A stretch of DNA of 64,000 bases from Leptogorgia sarmentosa (taxonomy: Eukaryota). The first letter of the stretch is position 1; each line of letters opens with the position of its first letter. The translations under genes were made by a program, and so were the position numbers. Under the pieces are notes generated by a model, which was given only the letters and a program-made list of their open reading frames with translations, did not search any database and was not told the DNA's origin. Shown here piece after piece: positions 23,804 to 38,457 of the stretch. The DNA lies in contig OZ210885.1 in assembly GCA_964658305.1 (NCBI GenBank), forward strand, positions 496,001-560,000, in the 5' to 3' direction.

Positions 23804-25620
23804 TGTAGTAGGCCGATTAACTGGAAAAAAGGTGGTTTATGCATGATTTTATTTATTTAGAGTTTCCATATAAAATATATTTGAGATATAGTTTGAAAAA
23901 ATACGTTTAACTACCAAAAAAAATCAAGTCATAATTATTGACCAAATTTTAAGGCTTGACGCCGCTACTGATACTTTGGTTTTGCGAAATTTGGTTAAGT
24001 ATAGATGAAACTTCAGTTTCTAATGCAAATCGTCAATTCTGATATTTCAATCTGCCGCACATTACATTTCCATTAATTTATCCTAGCGATTCAGCAAAGG
24101 ATATTACTTTATTTGTTTAAGATTGCTCCAGATTTTGTGAATCTACACGCTGTACTACTATTGTTCAACGTTGTGCGCTACTATAGTTAATTATTTGGTA
24201 AGCAAAAGACTTTCCATTAGTAAATTTTTGCTATGGAAGTGCCCGAGTCCGTTAACGGGTGAAAACTTGGATACTGCCAATCCTCATTATTTTTTCAATG
24301 TTACTTAACATGCATGTTTACGTTTTGAAATAATTAAAGTTTATTAAGGAGTCAATCGTCGTTCTGTCAGAATACGTTGTACAAAAAATGTAATTTTAGC
24401 TGAAAAAGTATATAATGATAAAAATCATCTCTGTAAAATCATCGTGATAAATTCAGAGATTTTGTACAGCCGATGTGTTCAGAAGATGTACTTTAAATTA
24501 TTCGGGTAGATTTTGAAAATATCTCTTGTCTCAGCCAAACCATTTTTTCATAAAATTATATTGTTTTGCTTTAGAAATTCTGCCGAGACAAGTAATTTAG
24601 ACGAATAATTAAGCATTGCAACTTTTCTTACTTGACTTGAAAATTATATTATAAATACCTGAGTGCTTGCTTTTACGGAGTATCCGAACTGTTTTCAGAG
24701 GTTTCAGCAGTCACCGTGTATGAACGACAAAAAAATGAAACAATATATTGTGATCAAATCATTTTGACATCTTTAAATTATTATTGCGCCCTTTTAATTT
24801 ATTTTTCATTCATTTTTAACAAACAGTTAACGTATTGTGAATATAATAATTATACTACCTTTCGGCATCTTACAACATTTTCATTCACTTCCAGTTGCTT
24901 CAAAATTAAAAATAAAGGAAATTAAAGTTGTACAGTTAACCAGTTAACCTATTGTGAATATAATACAACATTTGAATTTTTAATTAAATACTACCTTTCG
25001 GCATCTTACAACATTTTCATTCACTTCTAGTTGCTTCAAAATTAAAAATAAAGGAAATTAAAGTTGTACAAGCTCCAATTTAGTCGTTGTCTAGCTAACA
25101 TAAAAACGCCGACCTTTTGGCATTCACCACAGAGGCCCGTTTTTCACAGCTGTTGATCTAATTTATAGATTTTTAACATTTCAATTCTAGCTATATAAGG
25201 AGTTATTACCTAAATCTGAGCATTTCAAAATTTTATTAAACTTACATTCATTTCAAGCTCTACAGGGCCCGGGGCAGTTAGAGAAACATGAGGCCCCTAC
25301 CCCTAGTTATGTATAAAATTCAGACTTGGGAGAATGTGAAACAAAATGGCGATACAGAACTGTAAGACTTTAAATAGGACACCCGGTATTTTGATATATT
25401 AACAAGTTGATAGTTCTTGCGGCTTTGCAAATAGCCAACAACGTATTATAATAGGGAAAAACAATAAATGACAATATAATTCTCAGTTTTGAACGCCGAT
25501 CATCTCAGTTTTTGCGAGAGTGGCAACGATATCCAAAATCTTCTATTGGTTTTCATAAGCACATTGCGATGATCTCGAACACTAATCAGTAAAAAAACAT
25601 AAAGAATGATGGAAAGCACT

Positions 25621-25718
25621 TAATAACATAGGGTCAGGCTACTTTGACGGGTCATCGGGAGACGATCGCCGCACGTTCGGAAGTTTACGAACCTCCAGGT
25701 AGCCTGACCCTATGTTAT
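25621..25718. repeat. Small inverted-repeat element, duplicated at ~31851-31948
   Basis: ataacatagggtcaggctac ... gtagcctgaccctatgttat, 20-bp perfect arms around a GC-rich core. Confidence 0.75.
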
Positions 25719-26163
25719 ATTGCATAATATTTCAAAATCAGCTCTTTCTTCACCAAAAACCCTTGGAAAAAAGAACTTATGCTGTTTTTTATCCACCATT
25801 TTTGCTAGGCAACAATTCTTTGAAACATATTTTCGTTTTTTTCCTATTTATGGTCATTTTCGGTGGCGCATAATCGACTTCTTTTGGTTGTGTCATTCTG
25901 AAGTATCTAATTTTATTCAACGTGTACAACAATTTTATTCAACAGTTAAGAATGAGAACAATTCATTAACTGAACTACAATCTTTCAAATAATAATTCAT
26001 CAATGTTCAATTATTTGAATTACAATCTTTAATAATCGCACTATATCACACTAAATACTTTCACTTCAGATTCAGAAGATGAAGATCTCAAAATTTATAA
26101 TTTAAATAAGTGGAGGGACGGCCCGTTACTCTAATTGTCTAATGCGTTGTCACATGATGCATC

Positions 26164-29100
26164 CTAGACAAGATATAAAACCTTAGTTTCTGAGGGAGTG
26201 AAATGGTAGCTTCCTGCCAGAAGTGATTGTGTTTCGGCAGTTTTGAAAATGTAACCAGATGGCGGTTGAAAGGTATGGCCAAAATTTGTGGAACAATAAT
26301 GATTTAACCCAGCATTATCCCTAATTTCCAAGTCGTTACCAAAATTTGGACCCCAGCTCACATCTCGATAAATTACGGTAACGTCATGTTCATCTTTCAG
26401 CGGAGCTTTAAAAGGCGGAAGGTTGTCATGATTACGCAAGGAAAAAAGAAACGATCCTGGAGCAGATATCCAGTTTTCTAGAAACAAAATTATTATGCAA
26501 TTATAATCAGATGTCATGCATGCATGCGAGAGAAATAATTAGTTTATTTAAATGCAGATTTGTTTTGCTACTCGTCATCTATCGAGAATTAATATGAACC
26601 AAATAGTGGGCTATCATAAATTCTGCATTGTGATTGGTATTCGTTTTTTTGATAGCCTGCTAGTGATCACTGAGGCCGAAAATTGCAAGTGTTTCCAGGG
26701 GGGTGGGAATCAAATTGAAAGTGGGGGCACATTCTGAGTCAGTTTTCAAGGAATATATAACATGGTGCTTGAATGTTTGTTAGTGATTTTTTGAAAATTT
26801 GAATATTATGGCATATTGAGGATGAATAGGTGGTTTGAACATAAAACTGACTTAATTACTTCTTTTTATAATATTTTCGGCTAAACATTAAAAATTCTCT
26901 ATGCTATTTTATGTTTCTTTCCTAAATTTTTCATCAAAACAATCATGCGTAAAAAAATGAACGCACCTGTATTGTAAAGTGAGAGGGGTGAGGGCAATGC
27001 CTTCCATTTCACAAAATTTAGGGGCCTTATCCCATTCTTCCCCCCTCCGTATCCGATTACCCTGAGTGTATATAAATTTTCGCAATGAATAAAACTTTCC
27101 AAGAGGCAAAAAGACTACAAATTGTTCCCAGGAGATTTGTAAATGAAAGAGGCCAATTTTAAATCGCACATATTAAGGATAAATTTGCCTTTTGCGAAAA
27201 ATATATACGGAATTGTTGAGCACATGCACATTATACATGCGAGCGCGATATATTATTGAAATTATAATTTCTCACATAGTTATTTACTATAGTGTTTTAT
27301 TTTATTCTAACAGTATTTATTAATAATAGTTTTTAAGCTTTTAATTGAGGGAAAATACTCGGCCTCCTTGTTTGATCATGAAAGGTAGTCAACCCTACCC
27401 TCGCCCGCATCGGTCATCTGCTCATAGTTGCTTAATTTTTAAATAAACAGTAAAGTAGCTACTCAAGTTACAGCATTTACAATAAAAATTAGATATGGTT
27501 TTACTGATTTTTTCTTACTTGTCCCATTCCATGATTCTGTTGAGTAACCACCAAACACGTAAGTCTTGTTCCTGTTAACGACTTTTACAACAGTCAATGT
27601 TGGTATTTTCCCATCACATTTTGAATGGAATACAGCACTTCCCCAACCATCCACAGTGGCTCTCCAACAAATGCGCCAGTTGCCTTTATCTGCCAGCCAG
27701 TCATCGAATATTTGTGTCAGTTCTTCTGGCTCTGCTGACAAAATGTTTGATTCGACGAAACTCACTAATAAAAATAGATTTTTGGATGTTATATAATTTA
27801 CACTACTTGTATAGCACGTCTATGAAGATTTGGAGGGCAAATGAATAAAGTTGTTGTAATTGGTTTTGTTCTGTAGTAGCTCGTGCCAATCAGAATGCAG
27901 TTGGTTAGTTGGTTATACTAATTTCACAATAGTTCTTCTTGGGGGTTTGCATAACCCCACCTTTTCTGTGCAATTATTTAGTCGAGGTGAATATTCACCG
28001 ATAATCACCGAGAGAGGTAAATAATTGTTTTACTATAATTTCAGTGGTAAAGTAAGTTAAATAATGCGTAAATTATAAAGTTAAAGGTGCCCTCCACTCA
28101 TAATGTAAACAAATGCTTTTTTGACATTTTGAACAGCTATATTTGTAAAATATGATAATACTAACAGCATATCTAACGCTGTTTTGGTTTGCTATGGTTA
28201 TAAATGGATATAAACCAAAGTTCGGAACATTACAAAATTTTTGCAATGTTATATCTGCGGGTCCCGATTTGTTATGAGCAGAACCGATGCGCAGAACGGA
28301 GTGGACATCACCTTTAAATATTGTGCCATGCACTTCCGTCATGAGTATAATTTACTTTCTTTGTAAATACGCGATGTCTAAAATAATTACTTTTATGCAG
28401 CAACACAGGGAGCACAAGCGTTGTGTTGATTCGTGTTGATTGTTTTTCAGTTTATTCGATTAAATTAAAATCTATTATAGTTGAAATTTTTCTAAAAAAA
28501 TATACTATATAATATTATTATCACCTTTCAAACCTGACAGCCCGTTAGCATGTTTACTTCAAGGAGGCGACCGGCGACCGCTCAATTAAATTCATTCGGG
28601 ACATTAATTTACATATCGTGCTCATATTATTGATATATTTACATTTTGTTGTGACCATTTCTCTGGAGTGGTTTCCATTGCAGCTGGCATTGTAGTCCTA
28701 TTGGAAAAAGATGCTCGTTAACTTGATGATTTAATATGAATCTATCATAAATTATGAATCTCTGCATATAACGATGAATTAGGAAAAGATCATGACTGGC
28801 TCAGATTGGCAGTACATGATTTCAAATGACATTCAGTAAAAGGATCATTAATATTCAAACAAAGCTGCTCTTTTGGAAAATTGTAGAAACTAGAGAGACT
28901 GATCATAATTATGAAGTAGATATAACCACAATAACAGACTGAAGTGCATCTCAGAATGTTATTTTATGATTTACCTCCAATTTGATAATGAACTGATTAA
29001 CATAATAACGTGCTAAGTGTGGGAGGAAACATAAAGATGACCTAAATACAATTAGATTATTCAAAACACCTTTGCTGGGTTTGCCAGGTAAGCGTAATCA

Positions 29101-30023
29101 TAAGAAGAGTTTGCCTGCAGTAAATTTTCAGATGTATTGTAGACCACGTCATGCAACATTTCACAATTTGATTCATTCTTGAAAGTCTTTTTGAAGTTGA
29201 TTGATCGACAACACAGTTCAGTGGCACATTCCATGATGCAATCTATCCACTGAGAGACGACTGTGGCCTTCAAAACTGTTGCATTCAGCCTGAAACCTGA
29301 AGGATGAGACAAAAATAAGGATTGACGGGGAAATAAATGATGGGATTGCCCGGATCCTTTTACAATAACGAAAGCCATAGGGAGGTCTGCCATTTTATGA
29401 CATCTTCAACTATGTGTGAAAAACTGCTTCTTTGGTTCAATTTCATCTATTTTTCAGTTTGCAAACAATATAACCAGAGGCGTAGCCAGGATTTTGATGG
29501 TTCATTTGATAACCTTGTTATATTCAGGTATAGCCATCAACCAAGATCATGGGGGAGAATCATTAATCAGTTTAAGATAATGGTTGTATATGGCTGAGGA
29601 TTATTGTTGAGGATCATAGTTGAGGATTATCGTTGAGGATTATTGTGATCAGGATTATGGTTGAGGATGATCGTTGAGGATTAAGGTTGAGGGAGAAAAT
29701 TTTTAAAGAATTAAATTTAACTTCATATCTTAAATTAAGAATTATATTTGGGCACTTTTAAACCAAAGTTTTATTACTGCATACAGAAATCGATATTTGA
29801 AACGATACGAGCTAAAATATGATCTACATTTCCTATATTCATGTGTTGTTCCTGCCACTGTAACATCAGAAATTCAGTCAATACGAAAACATTTGAGAAT
29901 TTTACCTTCGAGACTTGAATTATAACAGATTGTCATCACTTCTTCGTCAGCTTGGTCCTGAACAGTTGGAGCCACAAGGGCCCCAGAGGTGAATGCGAAT
30001 AGCAAATAAAATTTCTGATTCAT
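26164..30023 (-). CDS. Signal peptide + PAN/apple + TLDc protein, copy B, 339 aa, intact ORF
   Basis: Exons 30023-29906, 29356-29070, 28697-28643, 27764-27519, 26477-26164; same sizes (118/287/55/246/314 nt) and phases as copy A. Confidence 0.85.
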
Positions 30024-32200
30024 TGCAGGCCGATTAGCTGGAAAAAAGGTGGTTTATGCATGATTTTATTTATTCAGAGTTTCCATATAAAATATATTTG
30101 AGATCATATAGTTACTTTGAAAAAATACGTTTAACTACCAAAAAAAATCAAGTCATAATTATTGACCAAATTTTAAGGCTTGACGCCGCTACTGATAGTT
30201 TGGTTTTGCGAAATTTGGTTAAGTATAGATGAAACTTCAGTTTCTAATGCAAATCGTCAATTCTGATATTTCAATCTGCCGCACATTACATTTCCATTAA
30301 TTTATCCTAGCGATTCAGCAAAGGATATTACTTCATTTGTTTAAGATTGCTCCAGATTTTGTGAATCTACACGCTGTACTACTATTGTTCAACGTTGTGC
30401 GCTACTATAGTTAATTATTTGGTAAGCAAAAGACTTTCCATTAGTAAATTTTTGCTATGGAAGTGCCCGAGTCCGTTAACGGGTGAAAACTTGGATACTG
30501 GCCAATCCTCATTATTTTTTCCTTGTTACTTAACATGCATGTTTACGTTTTGAAATAATTAAAGTTTATCAAAAAGTCAATCGTCGTTCTGTCAGAATAC
30601 GATGTATAACAAATGTAATTTTAGCTGAAAAAGTATAATATAATGATAAAAATCGTTTCTGTAAAATCATTGTGATAAATTCAGAGATTTTGTATACAGC
30701 CGATGTGTTCAGAAGATGTACTTTAAATTATTCGGGCAGATTTTGAAAATATCTCTTGTCTCAGCCAAACCATTTTTTCATAAAATTATATTGTTTTGCT
30801 TTAGAAAATCTGCCGAGACAAGTAATTTAGACGAATAATTAAGCATTGCAACTTTTCTTACTTGACTTGAAAATTATATTATAAATACCTGAGTGCTTGC
30901 TTTTACGGAGTATCCGAACTGTTTTCAGAGGTTTCAGCAGTCACCGTGTATGAACGACAAAAAAATGAAACAATATATTGTGATCAAATCATTTTGACAT
31001 CTTAAAATCATTATTGCGCCCTTTTTAATTTATTTTGCATTCATTTTTAACAAACAGTTAACGTATTGTGAATATAATAATTATACTACCTTTCGGCATC
31101 TTACAACATTTTCATTCACTTCCAGTTGCTTCAAAATTAAAAATAAAGGAAATTAAAGTTGTACAGTTAACCAGTTAACCTATTGTGAATATAATACAAC
31201 ATTTGAATTTTTAATTAAATACTACCTTTCGGCATCTTACAACATTTTCATTCACTTCTAGTTGCTTCAAAATTAAAAATAAAGGAAATTAAAGTTGTAC
31301 AAGCTCCAATTTAGTCGTTGTCTAGCTAACATAAAAACGCCGACCTTTTGGCATTCACCACAGAGGCCCGTTTTTCACAGCTGTTGATCTAATTTATAGA
31401 TTTTTAACATTTCAATTCTAGCTATATAAGGAGTTATTACCTAAATCTGAGCATTTCAAAATTTTATTAAACTTACATTCATTTCAAGCTCTACAGGGCC
31501 CGGGGCAGTTAGAGAAACTGAGGCCCCTACCCCTAGTTATGTATAAAATTCAGACTTGGGAGAATGTGAAACAAAATGGCGATACAGAACTGTAAGACTT
31601 TAAATAGGACACCCGGTATTTTGATATATTAACAAGTTGATAGTTCTTGCGGCTTTGCAAATAGCCAACAACGTATTATAATAGGGAAAAACAATAAATG
31701 ACATTATAATTCTCAGTTTTGAACGCCGATCATCTCAGTTTTTGCGAGAGTGGCAACGATATCCAAAATCGTCTATTGGTTTTCATAAGCACATTGCGAT
31801 GATCTCGAACACTAATCAGTAAAAAAACATAAAGAATGATGGAAAGCACTTAATAACATAGGGTCAGGCTACTTTGACGGGTCATCGGGAGACGATCGCC
31901 GCACGTTCGGAAGTTTACGAACCTCCAGGTAGCCTGACCCTATGTTATATTGCATAATATTTCAAAATCAGTTCTTTCTTCACCAAAAACCCTTGGAAAA
32001 AAGAACTTATGCTGTTTTTTATCCACCATTTTTGCTAGGCAACAATTCTTTGAAACATATTTTCGTTTTTTTCCTATTTATGGTCATTTTCGATGGCGCA
32101 TAATCGACTTCTTTTGGTTGTGTCATTTTGAAGTATCTAATTTTATTCAACGTGTACAACAATTTTATTCAACAGTTAAGAATGAGAACAATTCATTCAA

Positions 32201-32438
32201 GGGCGGGTTGTTCGTAGCCCGTTTAGCTTAAACGGTGGATAAGTCCAGAATATCAAGCAAGTCTATGTGTTCATTGAACAATCAAAATAAAATTTTTAGT
32301 CTGAAAGGAACACTTATGTATGCAACTACATATTTAGTGTTCAATATTTATGCTTCGTTTTTCACAATGCGAATGGGCGTGTAATTTAAATTTGACTTAT
32401 CCGCCGTTTAAGCTAAACGGGCTTCGAACAACCTGCCC
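32201..32438. mobile_element. MITE present in only one copy of the 6.2-kb duplication
   Basis: ~48-bp TIRs gggcgggttgttcgtagcccgtttagcttaaacggtggataagtc / gacttatccgccgtttaagctaaacgggcttcgaacaacctgccc; the equivalent site at ~25967 (attcattaactgaactac) lacks it. Confidence 0.85.
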
Positions 32439-32625
32439 CTGAACTACAATCTTTCAAATAATAATTCATCAATGTTCAATTATTTGAATTACAACCTTTA
32501 ATAATCGCACTATATCACACTAAATTACTTTCACTTCAGATTCAGAAGATGAAGATCTCAAAATTTATAATTTAAATAAGTGGAGGGACGGCCCGTTACT
32601 CTAATGCGTTGTCACATGATGCATC

Positions 32626-35600
32626 CTAGACAAGATATAAAACCTCAGTTTCTGAGGGAGTGAAATGGTAGCTTCCTGCCAGAAGTGATTGTGTTTCGGC
32701 AGTTTTGAAAATGTAACCAGATGGCGGTTGAAAGGTATGGCCAAAATTTGTGGAAGAATAATGATTTGACCCAGCATTATCCCTAATTTCCAAGTCGTTA
32801 CCAAAATTTGGACCCCAGCTCACATCTCGATAAATTACAGTAACGTCATGTTCATCTTTCAGCGGAGCTTTAAAAGGCGGAAGGTTGTCATGGTTACGCA
32901 AGGAAAAAAGAAACGATCCTGGAGCAGATATCCAGTTTTCTAGAAACAAAATTATTATGCAATTATAATCAGATATGCATGCATGCGAGAGATGAAATAA
33001 TTATTTTATTTAAATGGAGATTTGTTTTGCTACTCGTCATCTATCGAGAATTAATATGAACCAACTAGTAGGCTATCATAAATTCTGCATTTTGATTGGT
33101 ACTCGTTTTTTTGATAGCCTGCTAGTGATCACTGAGGCCGAAGTGTTTCCAGGGGCGTCGGAATCAAATTGAAAGTGGGGGCACATTCTGAGTCAGTTTT
33201 CAAGGAATATATAACATGGTGCTTGAATGTTTGCTAGTGATTTTTTGAAAATTTGAATATTATGGCATATTGAGGATGAATAGGTGGTTTGAACATAAAA
33301 CTGACTTAATTACTTCTTTTTATAATATTTTCGGCTAAAAATTAAAAATTCTCTATTTCTTTCCTAAATTTTTCATCAAAACAATCATGCGTAAAAAAAT
33401 AATTATTGTATTGTAAAGTGAGAGGGGTGGGGGCAATGCCTTCCATTTCACAAAATTTCGGGGCCTTATCCCATTCTTCCCCCCTCCATATCCGATTACC
33501 CTGAGTGTATCTAAATTTTCGCAATGAATAAAACTTTCCAAGAGACAAAAAGAGTACAAATTGTTCGCAGGAGATTTGTAAATGAAAGAGGCCAATTTTA
33601 AATCGCACATATTAAGGATAAATTTGCCTTTTGCGAAAAATATATACGGAATTGTTGAGCACATGCACATTATACATACGAGCGCGATATATTATTGAAT
33701 TTATAATTTCTCACATAGTTATTTACTATAGTGTTTTATTTTATTCTAACAGTATTTATTAATAGTAGTTTTTAAGCTTTTAATTGAGGGAAAATACTCG
33801 GCCTCCTTGTTTGATCATGAAAGGTAGTCAACCCTATACCCTCGCCCGCATCGGTCATCTGCTCATAGTTGCTTAATTTTTAAATAAACAGTAAAGTAGC
33901 TACTCAAGTTACAGCATTTACAATAATAATTAGATATGGTTTTACTGATTTTTTTCTTACTTGTCCCATTCCATGATTCTGTTGAGTAACCACCAAACAC
34001 GTAAGTCTTGTTCCTGTTAACGACTTTTACAACAGTCAATGTTGGTATTTTCCCATCACATTTTGAATGGAATACAGCACTTCTCCAACCGTCCACAGTG
34101 GCTCTCCAACAAATGCTCCAGTTGCCTTTATCTGGCAGCCAGTCATCAAACATTTGTGTCAGTTCTTCTGGCTCTGCTGACAAAATGTTTGATTCGACGA
34201 AACTCGCTATAATAAAAATAGATTTTTGGATGTTATATAATTTACACTACTTGTATAGCACGTCTATGAAGATTTGGAGGGCAAATGAATAAAGTTGTTG
34301 TAATTGGTTTTGTTCTATAGTAGCTCGTGCCAATCAGAATGCAGTTGGTTAGTTGGTTATACTAATTTCCCAATAGTTCTTCATGGGGGTTTGCATAACC
34401 CCACCTTTTCTGTGCAATTATTTAGTCGAGGTGAATATAGACCCTCCTCCGCTCGGGGAATTCGGCATAATATTTCCCGAAGTCATGATATTTGGGAAAT
34501 ATCGAAAATATACAGTACTGTGCAAAAGTTATAGGCACCTCGTGAAAAAGCATTTGACGCCATTTTATTGTAAACTTATACGATTATATTATTATGATGG
34601 ATGACAATCGCTGACGCCATTGTTATATGAATACGAGCAAAGGCAATATGGCGCAGTCTATTCGCCTAGAAAAGTGAAAGAAAGACAAAGACCAAAGATC
34701 TTGGCATGGATTGGAAGAGTACGCCGATTCTTCATATCGTGCTCATATTATTGATATATTTACATTTTGTTGTGACCATTTCTCTGGAATGGTTTCCATT
34801 GCAGCTGGCATTGTAGTCCTATTGGAAAAAGATGCTCGTTAACTTGATGATTTAATCATTGTTAAATATATATATACTGATTTTAGGCACATATTGCAGT
34901 CATAAATTATGAATCTCTATAACGATGAATTAGAGTAATTAGGAAAAAATCATATGCTGTATAATTATGACTGGCTCAGATTGGCAGTACATGTTTTCAA
35001 ATGGCATTCAGTAAAAGAACCATTAATATTCAAACAAAGCTGCTCTTTTGTAAAATTGTAGAAACTAGAGAGACTGATCATAATTATGAAGTAGATATAA
35101 CCACAATAACAGACTGAAATGTATCTCACGATCAGAATGTTATTTTATGATTTACCTCCAATTTGATAATGAACTGATTAACATAATAACGTGCTAAGTA
35201 TGGGGAGGAAGCATAATGATGTCCTAAATTCAAAACACCTTTGCTGGGTTTGCCAGATAAACGTAATCATAAGAAGAGTTTGCCTGCAGTAAATTTTCAG
35301 ATGTATTGTAGGCCACGTCATGCAACATTTCACAATTTGATTCATTTTTGAAAGTCTTTTTGAAGTTGATCGATCGACAACACAGTTCAGTGGCACATTC
35401 CATGATGCAATTTATCCGTTGAGAGACAACTGTGGCCTTCAAAACTGTTGCATTCAGCCTGAAACCTGAAGAATGAGACAAAAATAAGGATTGACGGTAA
35501 ATGCTGACCTTGCACGAACCCTTTTACAATAATAACTAATTATTGCAACCGAAGCCATCCCAATCTCGTACCCAGAGCAATGTCTAACCTAATCTAAGGT

Positions 35601-36451
35601 CATCGTTATAAAAACTTGATTCACACCTGAAAAACACGGAAGGCTTCAGGGCGTTGCGATGTGGGTGTCTGGGAGGTGCGGGATCGCCCTGTGGGCAAAA
35701 ATTGTTCTTTTATCAACAAATTTAAATTGAGGTTTAGGTCCTACTCCAATATTAGAACGCAGAGTATGGCATTAAATGGTTGTGGATTGTGAAGATTGTT
35801 CGATTGAGGCCAATTAGCTATTGTTATAAAAATGTATTTAAAATTTTAGTATTTAATAAAAATCTTATAGTCCTAAAATTATGATCTAAGCTTTCCTCAA
35901 TCTACGACATCATCAGAGATGATTCAAACGAACAATCTTCATCGAACCCAAACTACTGAAGGACAACCACCTACGTTGTGGATTATGGTTGAGGATTATG
36001 GTTGAGGAGGATGGTTTGGGAGTGTCGTTAAGGATTATAGTCGAAGATGATGGTTGTGGATTATAGTCGAAGATGATGGTTGAGGAGGATGGTTTGGGAG
36101 TATAGTTGAGGATCATGGTTGAGCGAGAAAATTTTGAACGAATTAAATTTAACTTCACATCTTAAATTAAGGATTGACTGTATTTGGGTACTTTTAAACA
36201 AACGTTTTTTTACTATAGAAAAATCTGAAATGACATGAGCTAAAATATGATCTACGTTTCCTATATTCATGTGTTGTTCCTGTCGCTGTAACATCAGAAA
36301 TTCGATCAATACGAAAACATTTGAGAATTTTACCTTCGAAGCTTGAATTATAACAGATTGTCATCACTTCTTCGTCAGCTTGATCCTGAACAGTTGGAGC
36401 CACAAGGGCCCCAGAGGTGAATGCGAACAGCAAATAAAATTTCTGATTCAT
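32626..36451 (-). pseudogene. PAN-TLDc copy C, probably frameshifted in the PAN exon
   Basis: Exons 36451-36334, 35520-35239, 34818-34764, 34206-33961, 32939-32626. The PAN exon is 282 nt versus 287 nt in A/B (5 nt missing near 35497), giving a frameshift and early TGA if the homologous acceptor is used. The other exons are open. Confidence 0.65.
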
Positions 36452-38457
36452 TGCAGGCCGAATAGCTGGAAAAAAGGTGGTTTATGCATGATTTTCCCAT
36501 AAACAAGATTTTATCCAGAGTTTCCAACTATATATCTGAAATATAGGTTGAACCGCATGTGCATATGCCAAATTTGCTAAGTCAGTAAGTTTAGTTGTAA
36601 AATGAGTTGCAATCCAGGGCAGACTGCAGAGGAAGCATTAGCTACGTATAAAATTATAGCAATAAACTATATACTTATCAGAATTTTGATCTGTGGGTAA
36701 ATCTTTCGAAAAAGCTAAAAAGAAATTCGAATCAGGACATTGCGAAATGTGGTAAAATATAGATGAAAGTTCAGTCTCTAATGCAAATCGTGAATTTTAA
36801 TATTTCAATATGCCGAATATTTTCCTCTACTTAATCATTCTAGCGATTCGGTAAAGGATATCAAACATCATTGAATGGGATTGGGTGTTTTTGAGTGTTT
36901 TACTGCACTCTGATGGGATCGATGGCTTTGTATCATCTGCCTCAGTCTTCGGCAAATAACACCCACCTCTGCCCTAATAATTCAACATATCCTACGAAAA
37001 CCAAATTATTCAAAAATTGTTTTAAATTATAATTATTCATTTGTATCTTCATCCGAGTTAGGGTATCATTTGTATTTTTTCGCTTCTCTTATAAGCAGCA
37101 TAAATTAGTCGGCGTGATCATGTCATATAATATTTACAATATACGACCAAACACGTCATAATGTCGTATTTGGGATTTCAATATAATTATTTTGTAACCA
37201 AACGACTTTCCTTCCTAAATTTTTGCTAGGAGTCCCAGTCCGTGGTGTCGGCTACTGGCCGACATACAATATTTTTCCTGTTTACTTAATATGCATGCTT
37301 ACGTTTTAAAATTATTGATGTCGTCTTGTCCCAATAATAATTTCTGTAAAGTTATTGTGATAAATTCAGAAATGTTGATATTATATTCGAGCAGATTTTT
37401 AAAATATCTCTTGACTTACCCAAACAATTTTTTCTTGAAACAAAACTATATTGCTTTTGCTTTAGAATCTGCCAAGTAATTTAGACGAATAATTAAACAT
37501 TGCAACTTTTCTTACTTGACTTGAAAATTATATTATAAATACCTGCTTGCTTTTACGGAGTATCCGAACTGTTTTCAGAGGTTTCAGCAGTACACCGTGT
37601 ATGAACGACACAAAAATAAAACAATATATTGTGATCAAATCATTTTGACATCTTTAAATTATTATTGCGCCCTTTTTAATTTATTTTTCATTCTTTCGAA
37701 CAAACAGTTAACGTACTGTGACTATAATACAACATTTGAATTTTTAATTATACTACCTTTCGGCATCTTACAACATTTTTATTCACGTGCAGTTGCTTTA
37801 AAATTGACAATAAGCGGGATAAGTTGTACAAGCCCTTAATTTAGTCATTGTCCATGTATATATATACCGTCCAAAAATAAAGTACCGCAATATTTTTTCC
37901 TGTTACTTATATGTATGTTTACATTTTAAAATGATCAACGTTTATTAAAAAAGTCCATCGTCGTTCTGTCAAAATACGCTGATTAAAAATGTAATTTTAG
38001 CAGTAAACTAGTCATTTCTGTAAAGTCATTGTAATAAATTCAGACCGCGGCCTTTTGTAATATTTTATATTATTCCAGCACATTCAAAATATCTCTTGAC
38101 TTCGACAATTTTTTAAAATAAATAATAAATCAATTTTTTATAAATTTATATTGCTTTTGCTTTAGTAACAAGTAATGTAAACGCATATATAGAGGGAAAA
38201 TTACTAAAACCTGATTGGTTAACGAAGAGGGAGGGCATTTCTTCTTAATTCAGGGGCCAAAATTACCTTGCCCTGATTGGCTAAATTTTCAGAATGTTTT
38301 TGTGTTCATTTCACGTCGGACATTTAGTGACAACAATCTGCAAATATTTCATGTTCGAAGAATAGAAGTGCGTTGAGCATTCTATTCTTGGTTAGTAAGG
38401 CAAACGAGTGCTTGCTGTATGTGTACATATTTGTACAGTGATTACTATAACGTTATT

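Noticed and set aside
28975..28992. Possible 18-nt micro-exon (FIIKLE) in copies B and C
   Set aside because: AG/GT flanks exist, but it is not needed for frame and the sites are lost in copy A; unsupported without RNA data.
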